Shown here: piece after piece, positions 48,897 to 58,621 of the stretch | Layout: the number at the start of each line of letters is the position of its first letter | How positions within the stretch are numbered: position 1 is the first letter of the stretch | Assembly: GCA_965601925.1 (NCBI GenBank) | Contig: OZ271854.1 | Span: forward strand, 1,376,001-1,440,000 | From: Alkalispirochaeta sp. | GTDB taxonomy: Bacteria; Spirochaetota; Spirochaetia; DSM-27196; Alkalispirochaetaceae | Reading direction: 5' to 3' | Length of the DNA stretch: 64,000 nt | Notes under the pieces: model-generated | What the model was told of the DNA's origin: nothing | Database searches by the model: none | The model's input: the letters and a program-made list of their open reading frames with translations, nothing else | Translations under genes and position numbers: made by a program

Positions 48897-48986
48897 AAGA
48901 AGCGGTTTGTCGACGATGTGCTCCGCGAATGCCGTTGCTTGCGGCAGCAGGCAACGGTCGCAGAGCGGAGTTGCCGATACCGGGCT

Positions 48987-50003
48987 TTACGCCGCGGACG
49001 GAGTCGCCTTCCGCAGCGTCCTAAAGCTGATGAGCCGATCGTTCGCTTCGTCCCAGAGATTCATGTTCACCGAGGCAAAACTCCTCTTCACCGTCAGATG
49101 GTCTTTGAGACGTAGTTCGGGTATAGCGTCAAGACAGCGTTGCAGGTTGTAGTTGGGAATACGAGGGCGAAGGTGGTGGACGTGGTGCAGCCCGATGTTG
49201 GCACTAAACCACTGAAACACCTTCGGTAGCTTGTAGTAGGAACTCCCCTCCATGGCGGCGTCTACGGTGTGCCACTCTTCCTCCCGTTTCCAGTATCCGG
49301 GGTCAAACTGATGCTGGACGTAGAAGAGCCAAATTCCCGCCATACCGGCGAAGTACATGATCGGAAGCTGAATGAGTAGATAGGTTCCTAGTCCGATGGT
49401 TACGCTTGCCAGAAGCACGATCGCCGCAATAACGCCGTTTGTGATCCAGACGCTCCGTCTTTGCCGCTTGTTGTCCAGCTTATGCGGTTTTCGCTGAACA
49501 ATCACAAAGAGGAGCAATGGCGCTATGCCGAACATGAAGACCGGATTTCGGTAGATCCTGTAGCCAAGACGTCTCCACCACGGAGAGTCCACGTACTCCT
49601 GGGCGGTTAGCGTCCAAACTTCGCCGATCGTCCGCCGGTCGAGGTTACCGGAGGTGGAATGGTGCACCCCGTGCCCGTGTTGCCAGGATCCGAAGGCGGT
49701 AAAGGTGAGCGTTCCGATTATGTGACCCACGATCCGGTTCGCCTTCCGGCTTGGAAAGAAGGAGCCGTGTGAGCAGTCGTGAAACAGGATAAAAAGCCGC
49801 ACCATGAAGGCCGCCGCCGGAATCGAAAGGAGAACGGTCGTCCACGCGGGATAGTCCGCCCGAACGGATAGATACATGAGCACCACGAGCCCGAGATAGG
49901 GAATGAAAGTATTCGCTAACTGTCGGACGGCTCGCCATGTGACAGGTTTTTCGTACGCTTTGAGCTGAGCAACCCAGCTCGGTTTTTCTTGGTTGCGTTT
50001 CAT
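48987..50003 (-). CDS. des: Membrane fatty acid desaturase (Bacillus Des-like)
   Basis: His boxes HDCSH, HGVHH, HHVHH; WLFYVQHQF; PRIPNYNL. Confidence 0.88.
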   Translation of the reverse strand: MKRNQEKPSWVAQLKAYEKPVTWRAVRQLANTFIPYLGLVVLMYLSVRADYPAWTTVLLSIPAAAFMVRLFILFHDCSHGSFFPSRKANRIVGHIIGTLTFTAFGSWQHGHGVHHSTSGNLDRRTIGEVWTLTAQEYVDSPWWRRLGYRIYRNPVFMFGIAPLLLFVIVQRKPHKLDNKRQRRSVWITNGVIAAIVLLASVTIGLGTYLLIQLPIMYFAGMAGIWLFYVQHQFDPGYWKREEEWHTVDAAMEGSSYYKLPKVFQWFSANIGLHHVHHLRPRIPNYNLQRCLDAIPELRLKDHLTVKRSFASVNMNLWDEANDRLISFRTLRKATPSAA

Positions 50004-50138
50004 ACAAGGTACAGACACGAAAAATGTTATTTGGTTGCACTAATTCGGAAGATCAAGCGGTTCCTCAGGAGGCCGCTGAACCAAGGGAACACGTCTCCAA
50101 CGGACGAGGACGGCGCACCGCGATTAGTGTGAGAGGCG

Positions 50139-50855
50139 CTACAGGTCGCGTCTGGTGTGAAGTGTATGGATGGGTTCGTCGCTGCGCGGCGCGGAGCCTA
50201 CCGCAAGGCGGCACATGTATGTGCCGACCTCCTCGGCCGAAAGCCACTCATCGACCACCTGCGCATCGCGAACCCGCGTCTTGAGCGGGTTAAAGGCGAC
50301 GATCGAGTATACTCTTACCGCTGTGCCGCGCGCCTCCACGTCCAATACCTTGGCCATCATTTTCTGTGCCGCGGCGACGATCGATATCACGCCGGCCTCC
50401 GGCGCCACGATCTCGGACGCTCCCCCGTTGAGCATGATATAGGTACCGTGCTTCTGCTGATGAAAGAGTGAGAGAAAGGCGCGCATGAAGAGAAAGTGGG
50501 TGTTGAGATTGTCGTTCAGTACCCGCTGCCAGTCGGCAAAGGGCATGTGGTGGAGACTGTAGCCGTAGTACCAATCGCCGATCGTCGCAACGGCGATATC
50601 GACCCTCTCAAAGCGGCTTATCACCTGAGTTCGTAACCGACCGACCGACTCCTCCTCACCGACGAATGCCGGAATGCACACCAAGCGCTCGGCGAGTGGC
50701 TCTCCGACGTACTCGGCAAGTCTGTCTCGCTTCCCCTCGCTCCGTGTCGGCACCACGACCGTCGCCCCATCGTTCAGGAACGAGTGTACGATTCCCTCGC
50801 CGACGCTCCCCGTCCCGCCGGCCACGACCGCGACCTTACCGTCCAATATGCCCAT
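50139..50855 (-). CDS. Short-chain dehydrogenase/reductase, atypical
   Basis: GKVAVVAGGTGSVGEG Rossmann motif; no canonical YxxxK seen. Confidence 0.75.
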   Translation of the reverse strand: MGILDGKVAVVAGGTGSVGEGIVHSFLNDGATVVVPTRSEGKRDRLAEYVGEPLAERLVCIPAFVGEEESVGRLRTQVISRFERVDIAVATIGDWYYGYSLHHMPFADWQRVLNDNLNTHFLFMRAFLSLFHQQKHGTYIMLNGGASEIVAPEAGVISIVAAAQKMMAKVLDVEARGTAVRVYSIVAFNPLKTRVRDAQVVDEWLSAEEVGTYMCRLAVGSAPRSDEPIHTLHTRRDL

Positions 50856-50973
50856 GCGCGTCCTCCCCGGTACCCTATGTAGCATTATAGTCCCGCGCCG
50901 GTCTCCGTGCGAGGATTAGTTCCCGGCGGGCGTCGCCGCCGGAGCGACGTCGATCGGCGTTATATTTCTCACT

Positions 50974-51633
50974 ATGAACACGAAACGGGAACGACTCATG
51001 TGGGATGAGCGATATGGTGCGGAGGAGTACGCGTACGGCACCGATCCGAACGATTTTCTCAGAGAACGGTATCGCAGCATTCCGATGGGAAGGGTTCTCA
51101 GTTTAGCTGAGGGCGAAGGGCGGAATGCCGTGTTTCTTGCAAAGCAAGGTTACGCAGTAACCGCCGTCGATGCGTCTCGCGTCGGTTTACGCAAGGCCGA
51201 AAAACTGGCGAGTGAACGCGGGGTCGACATCGATTTCGTCCAAGCGGATATAACCGATTTCGATATGGGCGAGAACCAATGGAACGGCATCGTGTCCATT
51301 TTTGTCCCATTGCGCTCGGCGCAGAGGACGGAACTGCACAAAAAGATAATTGCCGGCCTGAAAGACGGAGGGGTGTTTTTCGTCGAAGCCTATACACCGG
51401 AGCAACTGAAGTACCGAACCGGAGGAGGATCATCCGCCGAGACGATGACGTCACAGGAGTCGCTGATTCGCGATTTGGGCGACTTGAGGTTCATCCATTT
51501 GGCTGCGATCGAACGAAACGTAGTGGAGGGCGCGTACCATACGGGCCTGAGTGCCGTCGTCCAGGCGATAGCTATGAAAGGGGCGCGTTCGTCATCGCCT
51601 CACCCTATTCTCCGCGGGGTCCGTACGATGTGA
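50974..51633 (+). CDS. Class I SAM-dependent methyltransferase (TehB-like)
   Basis: MWDERY....YAYGTDPNDFL, LSLAEGEGRNAVFLA. Confidence 0.9.
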   Translation: MNTKRERLMWDERYGAEEYAYGTDPNDFLRERYRSIPMGRVLSLAEGEGRNAVFLAKQGYAVTAVDASRVGLRKAEKLASERGVDIDFVQADITDFDMGENQWNGIVSIFVPLRSAQRTELHKKIIAGLKDGGVFFVEAYTPEQLKYRTGGGSSAETMTSQESLIRDLGDLRFIHLAAIERNVVEGAYHTGLSAVVQAIAMKGARSSSPHPILRGVRTM

Positions 51634-51667
51634 TCTTCCGCTTACCGACGGCTGCGGTCGAGGCCCG

Positions 51668-52753
51668 CTACCCTTCCCAACCGACTCCCCGGCGGTCCGC
51701 CCACGGCCCGCCGTCCTCGTATCGCTCGGGATACAACGCCTTGGGTCGCGGATCCTCGGCCACATCGAGTTGGAGCACCATCCACTTCGGATAGGGCGTA
51801 AACTCGTCGCGCCCCGCCTCGTCCAACTCCCGGAGATCCTCCGCGGTGAGGCGGAGGTCGGCGGCCGCGATATTGTCCGCGAGATGCTCCTTTTTGCGTC
51901 CCGCGATGATGACGCTGGAAATCGCCGGTTGCGCGAGGAGCCACGCCAAGGAGATCTGGGCGACGCTCACGCCGTGACGACCGGCGACCGCACGCGCCGC
52001 GTCAATAACGCGATACCCCGCCTCTCTGTCGAAGGGGACGAAGTTGCCGTTCTCGGCAAAGCGCGTGCCGTCCGGGGCCGCCTTGCCGCGCTCGTACTTG
52101 CCCGAGAGAAAGCCGCCGGCTAAGGGGCTCCACACGAGAATGCCCAGGTTGTGATACTCGGCCATGGAGATGAACTCATGCTCCAAACCGCGGCCGACGA
52201 GGCTGTAGTACATCTGAGCGGTGACGAAGGTGTTGAGGTTCATCTGCCGTTGCGCCGCAAGGGCCGTCGCACCCTGCCACGCGAGGTAGTTGCTGAACCC
52301 GATGTACCGAACCTTTCCGTGGCGCACCAGATCGTCCATTGCGCGCAGCGTCTCCTCCAGCGGTGTGTTGCTGTCCCATCCGTGGAGCTGATAGAGATCG
52401 ATATAGTCGGTCTGCAGCCGCTTGAGACTACTCTCGACACCGCGCATGATGTTGACCCGCGTGGCGCCGCTTCGATTGATGTTGTCGCTCATCGGGAGTC
52501 GGCACTTGGTCGCGATCACCAGCTCCTCACGCTTACCCTTGATTGCGTTCCCGACGAACTCCTCGCTCTCGCCGAGGCTGTACACGTCGGCGGTATCGAT
52601 GAAGTTAATCCCCCGATCCAAGGCGAAGGCGACCAGGTCGTTCGTAGCTCGCTGGTCCAGATTCCCCATGTTCATCTTTCGGCCGAACTGCATCGTCCCG
52701 AGAGATACCGCGCTGACGATGAGGCCGCTGTTTCCGAGTCTGCGATACTTCAT
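51668..52753 (-). CDS. Aldo/keto reductase
   Basis: LGNSGL.VS, LGTM.FG, DTADVYS.G.SE, IATK, DYIDLYQLH, WSPLAGG.LSGKY. Confidence 0.93.
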   Translation of the reverse strand: MKYRRLGNSGLIVSAVSLGTMQFGRKMNMGNLDQRATNDLVAFALDRGINFIDTADVYSLGESEEFVGNAIKGKREELVIATKCRLPMSDNINRSGATRVNIMRGVESSLKRLQTDYIDLYQLHGWDSNTPLEETLRAMDDLVRHGKVRYIGFSNYLAWQGATALAAQRQMNLNTFVTAQMYYSLVGRGLEHEFISMAEYHNLGILVWSPLAGGFLSGKYERGKAAPDGTRFAENGNFVPFDREAGYRVIDAARAVAGRHGVSVAQISLAWLLAQPAISSVIIAGRKKEHLADNIAAADLRLTAEDLRELDEAGRDEFTPYPKWMVLQLDVAEDPRPKALYPERYEDGGPWADRRGVGWEG

Positions 52754-52774
52754 ACATTCTCCTTGGTAGGCCGA

Positions 52775-53281
52775 CTACGCGCCGGCTACGACAAAGCGGA
52801 TACCGTGTTCCTCGTCGACGTGGCGCATGAACAGATCGTTATCCGGCGTGTCCTCTTCGAAGATAACCCATATCTTGACCGACCCGTCTACGGGGTGCGG
52901 AGCAAAATGCCATACCGCGCGGTCCAACACCACCGCGTCACCGGCCTGTACCCGAAAGGCGCGTACGGTATCGAAGTCGATCTGCTTCTCGTCGTCGGCC
53001 ATAGGCTTGGCGAGGACGAGGATCACCTCTCCGTCGGCGGGAATCAACGTCTCGGTGGTTCGTACGTGCTGCTCAAAGATCGTGGAGACGGCTTCCGTCT
53101 GTTTGTGCACCTCCACCAGGCCGATTGAGGTAGACGTGTGATTCAATACGGAGAGCTTATTCCAAAACGAGAACTCGATGAGCTTCGCCGCCGGTTCCTG
53201 CTGCCCGGTCCGTACGTAACGCCCGTACCCCGCAAAACTCGACTCCGAGATCTCCTCCACGGAGAGTATACGCGTCTCCAT
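52775..53281 (-). CDS. Ureidoglycolate lyase (AllA)-like cupin
   Basis: SFAGYG, FEQHVRTTETLIP, VRAF.V..G.AVVL...VWHFAP. Confidence 0.72.
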   Translation of the reverse strand: METRILSVEEISESSFAGYGRYVRTGQQEPAAKLIEFSFWNKLSVLNHTSTSIGLVEVHKQTEAVSTIFEQHVRTTETLIPADGEVILVLAKPMADDEKQIDFDTVRAFRVQAGDAVVLDRAVWHFAPHPVDGSVKIWVIFEEDTPDNDLFMRHVDEEHGIRFVVAGA

Positions 53282-53910
53282 TACGACTCCTCCAGTACGG
53301 CGGCAAATCCTTTGATGACAAACGATCCCGCCGTCGCTCCCGGATCGGGCTTGCCGATCGTCTGCTCACGGTAGATCGCCGCCTTTCCGTGCTGCGACAT
53401 CATCCCTCGGGCCGCCTCGAGCCCCGCTTCGCACGCTTCGCGCGCGACCTTGGCGAGGGAGGCCGCGTCGTCACCGGCGGCCACCGACTCGGTCAGCGCC
53501 GTCGCCACCGGATCGAGAACGTCGACAATGGTCTTTTCGCCGGGCTTGGTCTTCCCGCGCTCCATCACTCCGTCGGCGAAGGCGCGGAAAAACGCCGCGA
53601 TGTCCGCGGACTCGAGGGCGGTCTTGCCCCGCACCGCCTTGCCGCCGCGCATGAATCCCGTGGCAACCAACGTTCCCATCGTCGAGGGGGCCGCCTTTGC
53701 CATCGCCATACCGGCCTGAGCAAAGAGCTTTCCGACATCGGTCTCGTCGCTATCGGCGAGGGACTCGTCGGCTGCGGCGAACGCCTTGGTCATGGTGAGA
53801 CCCAAATCTCCGTCTCCGATCGCACTGTCCAACTCGATCAGATGATCACGATTGGCATCCATAAGCTCCCGGATCGCGCGGATCACTTTTTTGGCGCTGC
53901 TGCTATCCAT
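53281..53910 (-). CDS. DhaL/DAK2-domain kinase subunit (second paralogue)
   Basis: LDSAIGDGDLGLTM, PSTMGTL, GEKTIVD, HGKA, DPGA. Confidence 0.9.
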   Translation of the reverse strand: MDSSSAKKVIRAIRELMDANRDHLIELDSAIGDGDLGLTMTKAFAAADESLADSDETDVGKLFAQAGMAMAKAAPSTMGTLVATGFMRGGKAVRGKTALESADIAAFFRAFADGVMERGKTKPGEKTIVDVLDPVATALTESVAAGDDAASLAKVAREACEAGLEAARGMMSQHGKAAIYREQTIGKPDPGATAGSFVIKGFAAVLEES

Positions 53911-53931
53911 ACCGGCGTTCCTTTAGTGCCC

Positions 53932-54942
53932 TTAGAGTTGTCCCTGCTCAAAAAAGGGCGTATCGGCGCCCTTACCCAGGAGGTTTTTCAGCTCATCGTC
54001 GAGCTTCAAGATCGAGATCGAGAACCCGGCCATTTCCAAGGAGGTCGCAAACTCGCCGACGTAGACCTTGAAGACCGACACCCCGTGCGCCTTAAGAATC
54101 TCTGCGACCTTGCGGTAGGCGACGTAGAGTTCCTCCTTCGGCGTTGAGCCGAGGCCGTTCATCAAGACCGAGACCTCGTCGCCCGATCGGTACGGCAGAT
54201 CCGGGAGGATCTTATCCATCATCTCACTTACGACCTCGTCGGCGGGGAGAAGTTTTCCGCGGCGGATGCCGGGCTCACCGTGGATACCCATGCCGATCTC
54301 CATCTCGTCCTCGCCGATAGTAAACGACGGCTTACCCACCTCCGGCACGATTACCGGTGAGAGGGCGACGCCCATCGTCCGGACGTTGGACCCCGCCTTC
54401 TCGGCGATACGCTTCACCTCGTCCAAATCGGCGCCTTCCTCGGCGGCCGCACCGGCGCACTTATAGACGTAGAAGATTCCCGCCACGCCGCGGCGTTTGT
54501 GCTCTTCGCCGGCCGGGGCGCTCGCCACGTCTTCACCGGCGACGTACGACTCGACGCGAATATCTTCCATGTCGGCCATCTCGGTCGCCATATCGAAGTT
54601 CATGATGTCGCCGCCGTAGTTGCCGTAGATGTAAAGAACGCCCTTGCCGCCGTCAATCGCTTTGGTCACCTCCAACATCTGCTCGGCGCTGGGACTCTGA
54701 AAGACGCCGCCGACCGAGCAGCCGTCCAACATGCCCTCTCCCACGTAACCGAGAAAGAGGGGTAAGTGCCCGGAGCCGCCGCCGGTGGCGAGCCCTACCT
54801 TGCCGCTTTTCGGCGCATCGGCGCGTACGATGCAGCGTAGATCGTTCGCGACACTCTTGAGCTTATCCGGGTGAGCGGCGAGGATGCCCTCGAGCATCTC
54901 GTCGACGAACGCTTCCGGCTTGTTGATAAACTTCTTCATCAT
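53932..54942 (-). CDS. DhaK/DAK1-domain kinase subunit (second paralogue)
   Basis: KKFIN, GGGSGHLPLFLGYVG, GNYGGD, RRGVAG, GIHGEPG, TSLEMAG. Confidence 0.92.
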   Translation of the reverse strand: MMKKFINKPEAFVDEMLEGILAAHPDKLKSVANDLRCIVRADAPKSGKVGLATGGGSGHLPLFLGYVGEGMLDGCSVGGVFQSPSAEQMLEVTKAIDGGKGVLYIYGNYGGDIMNFDMATEMADMEDIRVESYVAGEDVASAPAGEEHKRRGVAGIFYVYKCAGAAAEEGADLDEVKRIAEKAGSNVRTMGVALSPVIVPEVGKPSFTIGEDEMEIGMGIHGEPGIRRGKLLPADEVVSEMMDKILPDLPYRSGDEVSVLMNGLGSTPKEELYVAYRKVAEILKAHGVSVFKVYVGEFATSLEMAGFSISILKLDDELKNLLGKGADTPFFEQGQL

Positions 54943-54956
54943 CTCGTATCTCCTTT

Positions 54957-56006
54957 TTATGCGACCGTATCCGCCGCAAGACCGGCCTCTCGCCGAGCTT
55001 TGCGTTCGTTCATGATGTAGTTGAAGACCATAACCACGATGAGAAAGACTCCCCAGGTGAAGTCTCGAGCGAAGTTGTTAAAGCGCAGCATATTGAAACC
55101 GCTGGACAGAAACTGCAACGTAATGACGGCGATCGCGACGCCGATCACCCGGCCGAATCCGCCGGCCCAATTGACGCCGGCCAACAGATTTACGAGCACC
55201 GCCTGGAGGATGTAACTCTCGCCGTAGTCCGCCTTGGCCTGATTGGTCCGGGCGATCATGATCAGCCCCGCCACCGACGCCAGTGAAGCGCTCGCCATAT
55301 ATGTCTTGATCAAAACCGACCGCACCTTCACGCCGGCGAATCGTGCGGCGGTGATGTTCGTTCCGATGAGATAGACGCTCACACCGAGCTGTGTCCGCCT
55401 GAGGAGAATCGCCACCAGAACGGCAAAGACGATGAATACATAGAGCGGCATCGGAAATCCGAAGAGCGTACCGTTTCCCAAAAAGAGAAATTGCGCGGGA
55501 AATCCCGGAACGGCAAACCCCTCGGTGATGATGATCGCAATGCCGGAGTACACCTGCCACGTTCCCAACGTCACCAGAACCGGGTGAATATTGAAGGTCG
55601 AGACGAGATAGCCGTTGATGAAACCGGCAATGAGGCCGACTACGAGGGCCACCACGACCGCCGCGGCCAGATAGAGCCATACCGTACCGGTCGCAGCGTC
55701 GGCCGGCAGCGCCTCCGCCATGATCTTGGCCGCAAAGATGCTCGTGAGGTTGGCGGTACCGACCACCGAGAGATCGATGCCGCCGGTGATCATACAGAGC
55801 GTGAGACCCAGGGCCAACAGCCCCAACTCGGGAAACGAATAGGACATGGAACGAAAGTTCCGCATCGTGGCAAAACGCCCCGGGCTGAGTATGGTCATCA
55901 GGAGAAAAATCGATACCGAGATGATAATCAGCCGATTGAGGTTGTCATCGTCGGTCATGAAACGCTTGATAAGCGACCGCCCATGGGAACCGATGTGCGT
56001 CTTCAT
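54957..56006 (-). CDS. Monosaccharide ABC transporter permease
   Basis: TGGIDLS, VTLGT, GTNITAARFAGV. Confidence 0.92.
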   Translation of the reverse strand: MKTHIGSHGRSLIKRFMTDDDNLNRLIIISVSIFLLMTILSPGRFATMRNFRSMSYSFPELGLLALGLTLCMITGGIDLSVVGTANLTSIFAAKIMAEALPADAATGTVWLYLAAAVVVALVVGLIAGFINGYLVSTFNIHPVLVTLGTWQVYSGIAIIITEGFAVPGFPAQFLFLGNGTLFGFPMPLYVFIVFAVLVAILLRRTQLGVSVYLIGTNITAARFAGVKVRSVLIKTYMASASLASVAGLIMIARTNQAKADYGESYILQAVLVNLLAGVNWAGGFGRVIGVAIAVITLQFLSSGFNMLRFNNFARDFTWGVFLIVVMVFNYIMNERKARREAGLAADTVA

Positions 56007-56998
56007 ACTCTCTCCTCCCGCGGGCGTGACCGTTGCATGTACTTGATCTGAGGCACCGCGACGGCGACGAGAAGGATGAGCCCCGTCGTGAAGCGTTGCC
56101 AATAGCTCGGGATACCCAACAGAATCAAGCTGTTGTTCATCACGGTAATGAGCATAACTCCGAGAAGCGTTCCGACCACGGTTCCGCGCCCGCCACCGAT
56201 CGTCGCGCCACCGAGAACGGTGGCGGCGATCACGTTGAGCTCACTCCCCACCAGGTCGAACGGGTTGGCGTTACGCACGTGGGCGCTGTGGAGGATTCCG
56301 GCAATACCCGCCAAAAAACCGACATACGTATAGATGAAAAACTCGATGCGTCGAACGCTGAACCCGGCGCGTTCGGTCGCTTGACGGTCACCGCCGAGGG
56401 CATAGACACCGCGGCCGATCGTCGTGTAGCGCAGAATTAGCGCCGTCAGGATCGCAAGCGCGACATAGACGAAAAAGGAGACGTGCAACCCCGTAGTCTG
56501 CCCCGTTTCCATAGTCGTTCGAAAGATCTCCAGACGGCTGTAGTTGACCATGGGCTCGGTCAAGCGGTTGATGATTCGCGTGTTGACGAAGGTCAAGACG
56601 AACCCCTGGTACGCGCTCAACGTCCCGAGGCTCACAATGAGCGTCGGCAATCGGAACGTCGAGATGATGGCGGCGTTGATGAGCCCCAGGAGCACACCGA
56701 TCGCCGCAGAGATCACGAAGGCGAGGATTACCGGCCCCGAATACTCGATCATCTCGAAGAGCTTACCGGTCATGTACATCGACACGACGCCGATCGCCGG
56801 AAAGGAGATATCGATCCCACCGGAGATCAAGACCAACAACACGCCGAGGGCGAATATTCCGGTGACGACGTTACTCTTCAGAAGCCCGAAGAGATTCCCG
56901 ATCGAAAAGAAACTCGGATTGATCACACCCACCAAGAGCGAGAACGCGATGAGAATGAGACCGACGTAAAACTCGTGCATCTTCAACAACTTATTCAT
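56003..56998 (-). CDS. Monosaccharide ABC transporter permease
   Basis: SGGIDIS, GRGVYALGG, ELNVIAATVLGG. Confidence 0.92.
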   Translation of the reverse strand: MNKLLKMHEFYVGLILIAFSLLVGVINPSFFSIGNLFGLLKSNVVTGIFALGVLLVLISGGIDISFPAIGVVSMYMTGKLFEMIEYSGPVILAFVISAAIGVLLGLINAAIISTFRLPTLIVSLGTLSAYQGFVLTFVNTRIINRLTEPMVNYSRLEIFRTTMETGQTTGLHVSFFVYVALAILTALILRYTTIGRGVYALGGDRQATERAGFSVRRIEFFIYTYVGFLAGIAGILHSAHVRNANPFDLVGSELNVIAATVLGGATIGGGRGTVVGTLLGVMLITVMNNSLILLGIPSYWQRFTTGLILLVAVAVPQIKYMQRSRPREERV

Positions 56999-57012
56999 CG
57001 TCTCGTTCCACC

Positions 57013-58497
57013 TTACTTGAGCGCCTCGAACTGGGCGACGAGCGCCGCGTCGTCGAATCGATCGCGAAACTCTTTGACCATCTCACCTCTATGCATGACG
57101 AAGATGCGATTACAGTTCCGGACGATCTCGGGAATGTCGTCGCTCATGATTACGACCCCAACGCCCTCAGAGGCCAACTCGCGGAGTTTTTTGTGTATCT
57201 CCTCCTTCGAGCCGACATCCACGCCGACCGTGGGTCCGTTGAGAATGAGTACTTTTGCACCCGCCGCAAGCCACCGCGCGAGAACGATGCGCTGCTGATT
57301 GCCGCCTGAAAGAGCCTGTGCCGGAACCTGCGCCGACGGCGTCGCAATCTTGAGATCCTTGATCCATCGATCCACCGTGGCGTTCGCGGTGCCGAAGTCG
57401 ATAAAACGCAGCTTCGTCTTGATCCGGTCCAAGATGCTCACGAAAATATTATGGGCGATACTCTGCTCGAGAAAGAGGCCCTCGGTGAGACGATCCTCGG
57501 GAACGTAGGCAATGCCGGTATCCACCGCCGCCTGAATAGAATCGATAACGACCCGCCGACCGTTGACCTCGATCGTCCCGCCGTCGGCGGGAAGTACTCC
57601 GAAGAGACTCAGAGCGAGCTCCGTACGACCCGATCCTAAGAGACCTGTAATACCGATGATCTCGCCGGGGTACACGTCGAAGGAGACGTCCTCGAATGCT
57701 CCGACACGCTTGAGACCGGCGACGTGTAGAAGCGGATCGGCGTCACCGTCTGCGTAGACGAATCGCTCCTCCGACACTTCGCGTCCGGTCATGTGATAGG
57801 TTATTTTCGCCTCATCGAAGTCTTTCGCCTCACCCTCGGCCACTTTGCCGCCGTTGCGGAGGATGGTCAGTTTCTCGCTGATATCGAGCACCTCGCGCAG
57901 CTTGTGGCTGACGAAGAGCGTCGCGATTCCCTCGGCTTTTAGGTCGGTGATGACGTCGAAGAGATTCTGTACCTCGTGTTGCGTCAGCGCCGTCGTCGGC
58001 TCGTCCATGATAACCAGTTTGGCGTCGTGCAGGAGCGCTCGGGAGATCGCCACGAGCTGCTTGTCCGCCACCGACAACTCACCCAGAGTGACGTCCAGAG
58101 GGATGTCTACCTTGATGCGCGACAACGCCTCCTCGGCGATCCCGTGCATCGCCTTCCAATCGACCACCCTCTTGCGTTGTTCCAACTGGGTATTGATCGC
58201 CAGGTTTTCGGCGACCGAGAGGTTCGGGAAGAGCGAGAAATCCTGATAGATAACCTGGACTCCCTCGCGAATCGCCTCAATGGGACTCAAGTGTTCATAG
58301 GTGTTGCCGCCGAGTACCAACCGTCCTTCGTCGGCTCGATACACGCCGGCAATCACCTTGATGAGGGTCGACTTTCCCGATCCGTTCTCTCCGGCGAGAC
58401 AGCGAATCTCCCCCGGCTCGATTTCAAGGGAAACGTCCCTGAGGGCATACACTCCGGAAAACCGCTTATGGATTCGTTCAACTCGAATAAAGGCCAT
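57013..58497 (-). CDS. Monosaccharide ABC transporter ATP-binding protein (two NBDs)
   Basis: GENGSGKSTL, MDEPTTAL, PEDR, LSGGNQQR. Confidence 0.94.
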   Translation of the reverse strand: MAFIRVERIHKRFSGVYALRDVSLEIEPGEIRCLAGENGSGKSTLIKVIAGVYRADEGRLVLGGNTYEHLSPIEAIREGVQVIYQDFSLFPNLSVAENLAINTQLEQRKRVVDWKAMHGIAEEALSRIKVDIPLDVTLGELSVADKQLVAISRALLHDAKLVIMDEPTTALTQHEVQNLFDVITDLKAEGIATLFVSHKLREVLDISEKLTILRNGGKVAEGEAKDFDEAKITYHMTGREVSEERFVYADGDADPLLHVAGLKRVGAFEDVSFDVYPGEIIGITGLLGSGRTELALSLFGVLPADGGTIEVNGRRVVIDSIQAAVDTGIAYVPEDRLTEGLFLEQSIAHNIFVSILDRIKTKLRFIDFGTANATVDRWIKDLKIATPSAQVPAQALSGGNQQRIVLARWLAAGAKVLILNGPTVGVDVGSKEEIHKKLRELASEGVGVVIMSDDIPEIVRNCNRIFVMHRGEMVKEFRDRFDDAALVAQFEALK

Positions 58498-58547
58498 GAC
58501 AACTCGCTATGGAAAAAATGCACTCATCCCGAACGGGTAAGCATGTG

Positions 58548-58600
58548 TGCCGGCCGGCCGGCGGCGCGGTTCGAAACCCGCACCGACCAACCGACCGGCA
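58548..58600 (-). other. Long GC-rich stem-loop after the SBP gene
   Basis: TGCCGGTCGGTTGGTCGGTGCGG pairs with CCGCGCCGCCGGCCGGCCGGCA using G-U pairs on the minus strand. Confidence 0.6.
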
Positions 58601-58621
58601 TAACTGGAACGAAGAGTCGGA

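Noticed and set aside
58560..58590. tRNA-like GGTTCGAAAC T-loop
   Set aside because: It is the loop of one long hairpin, with no D-arm, anticodon arm or acceptor stem.
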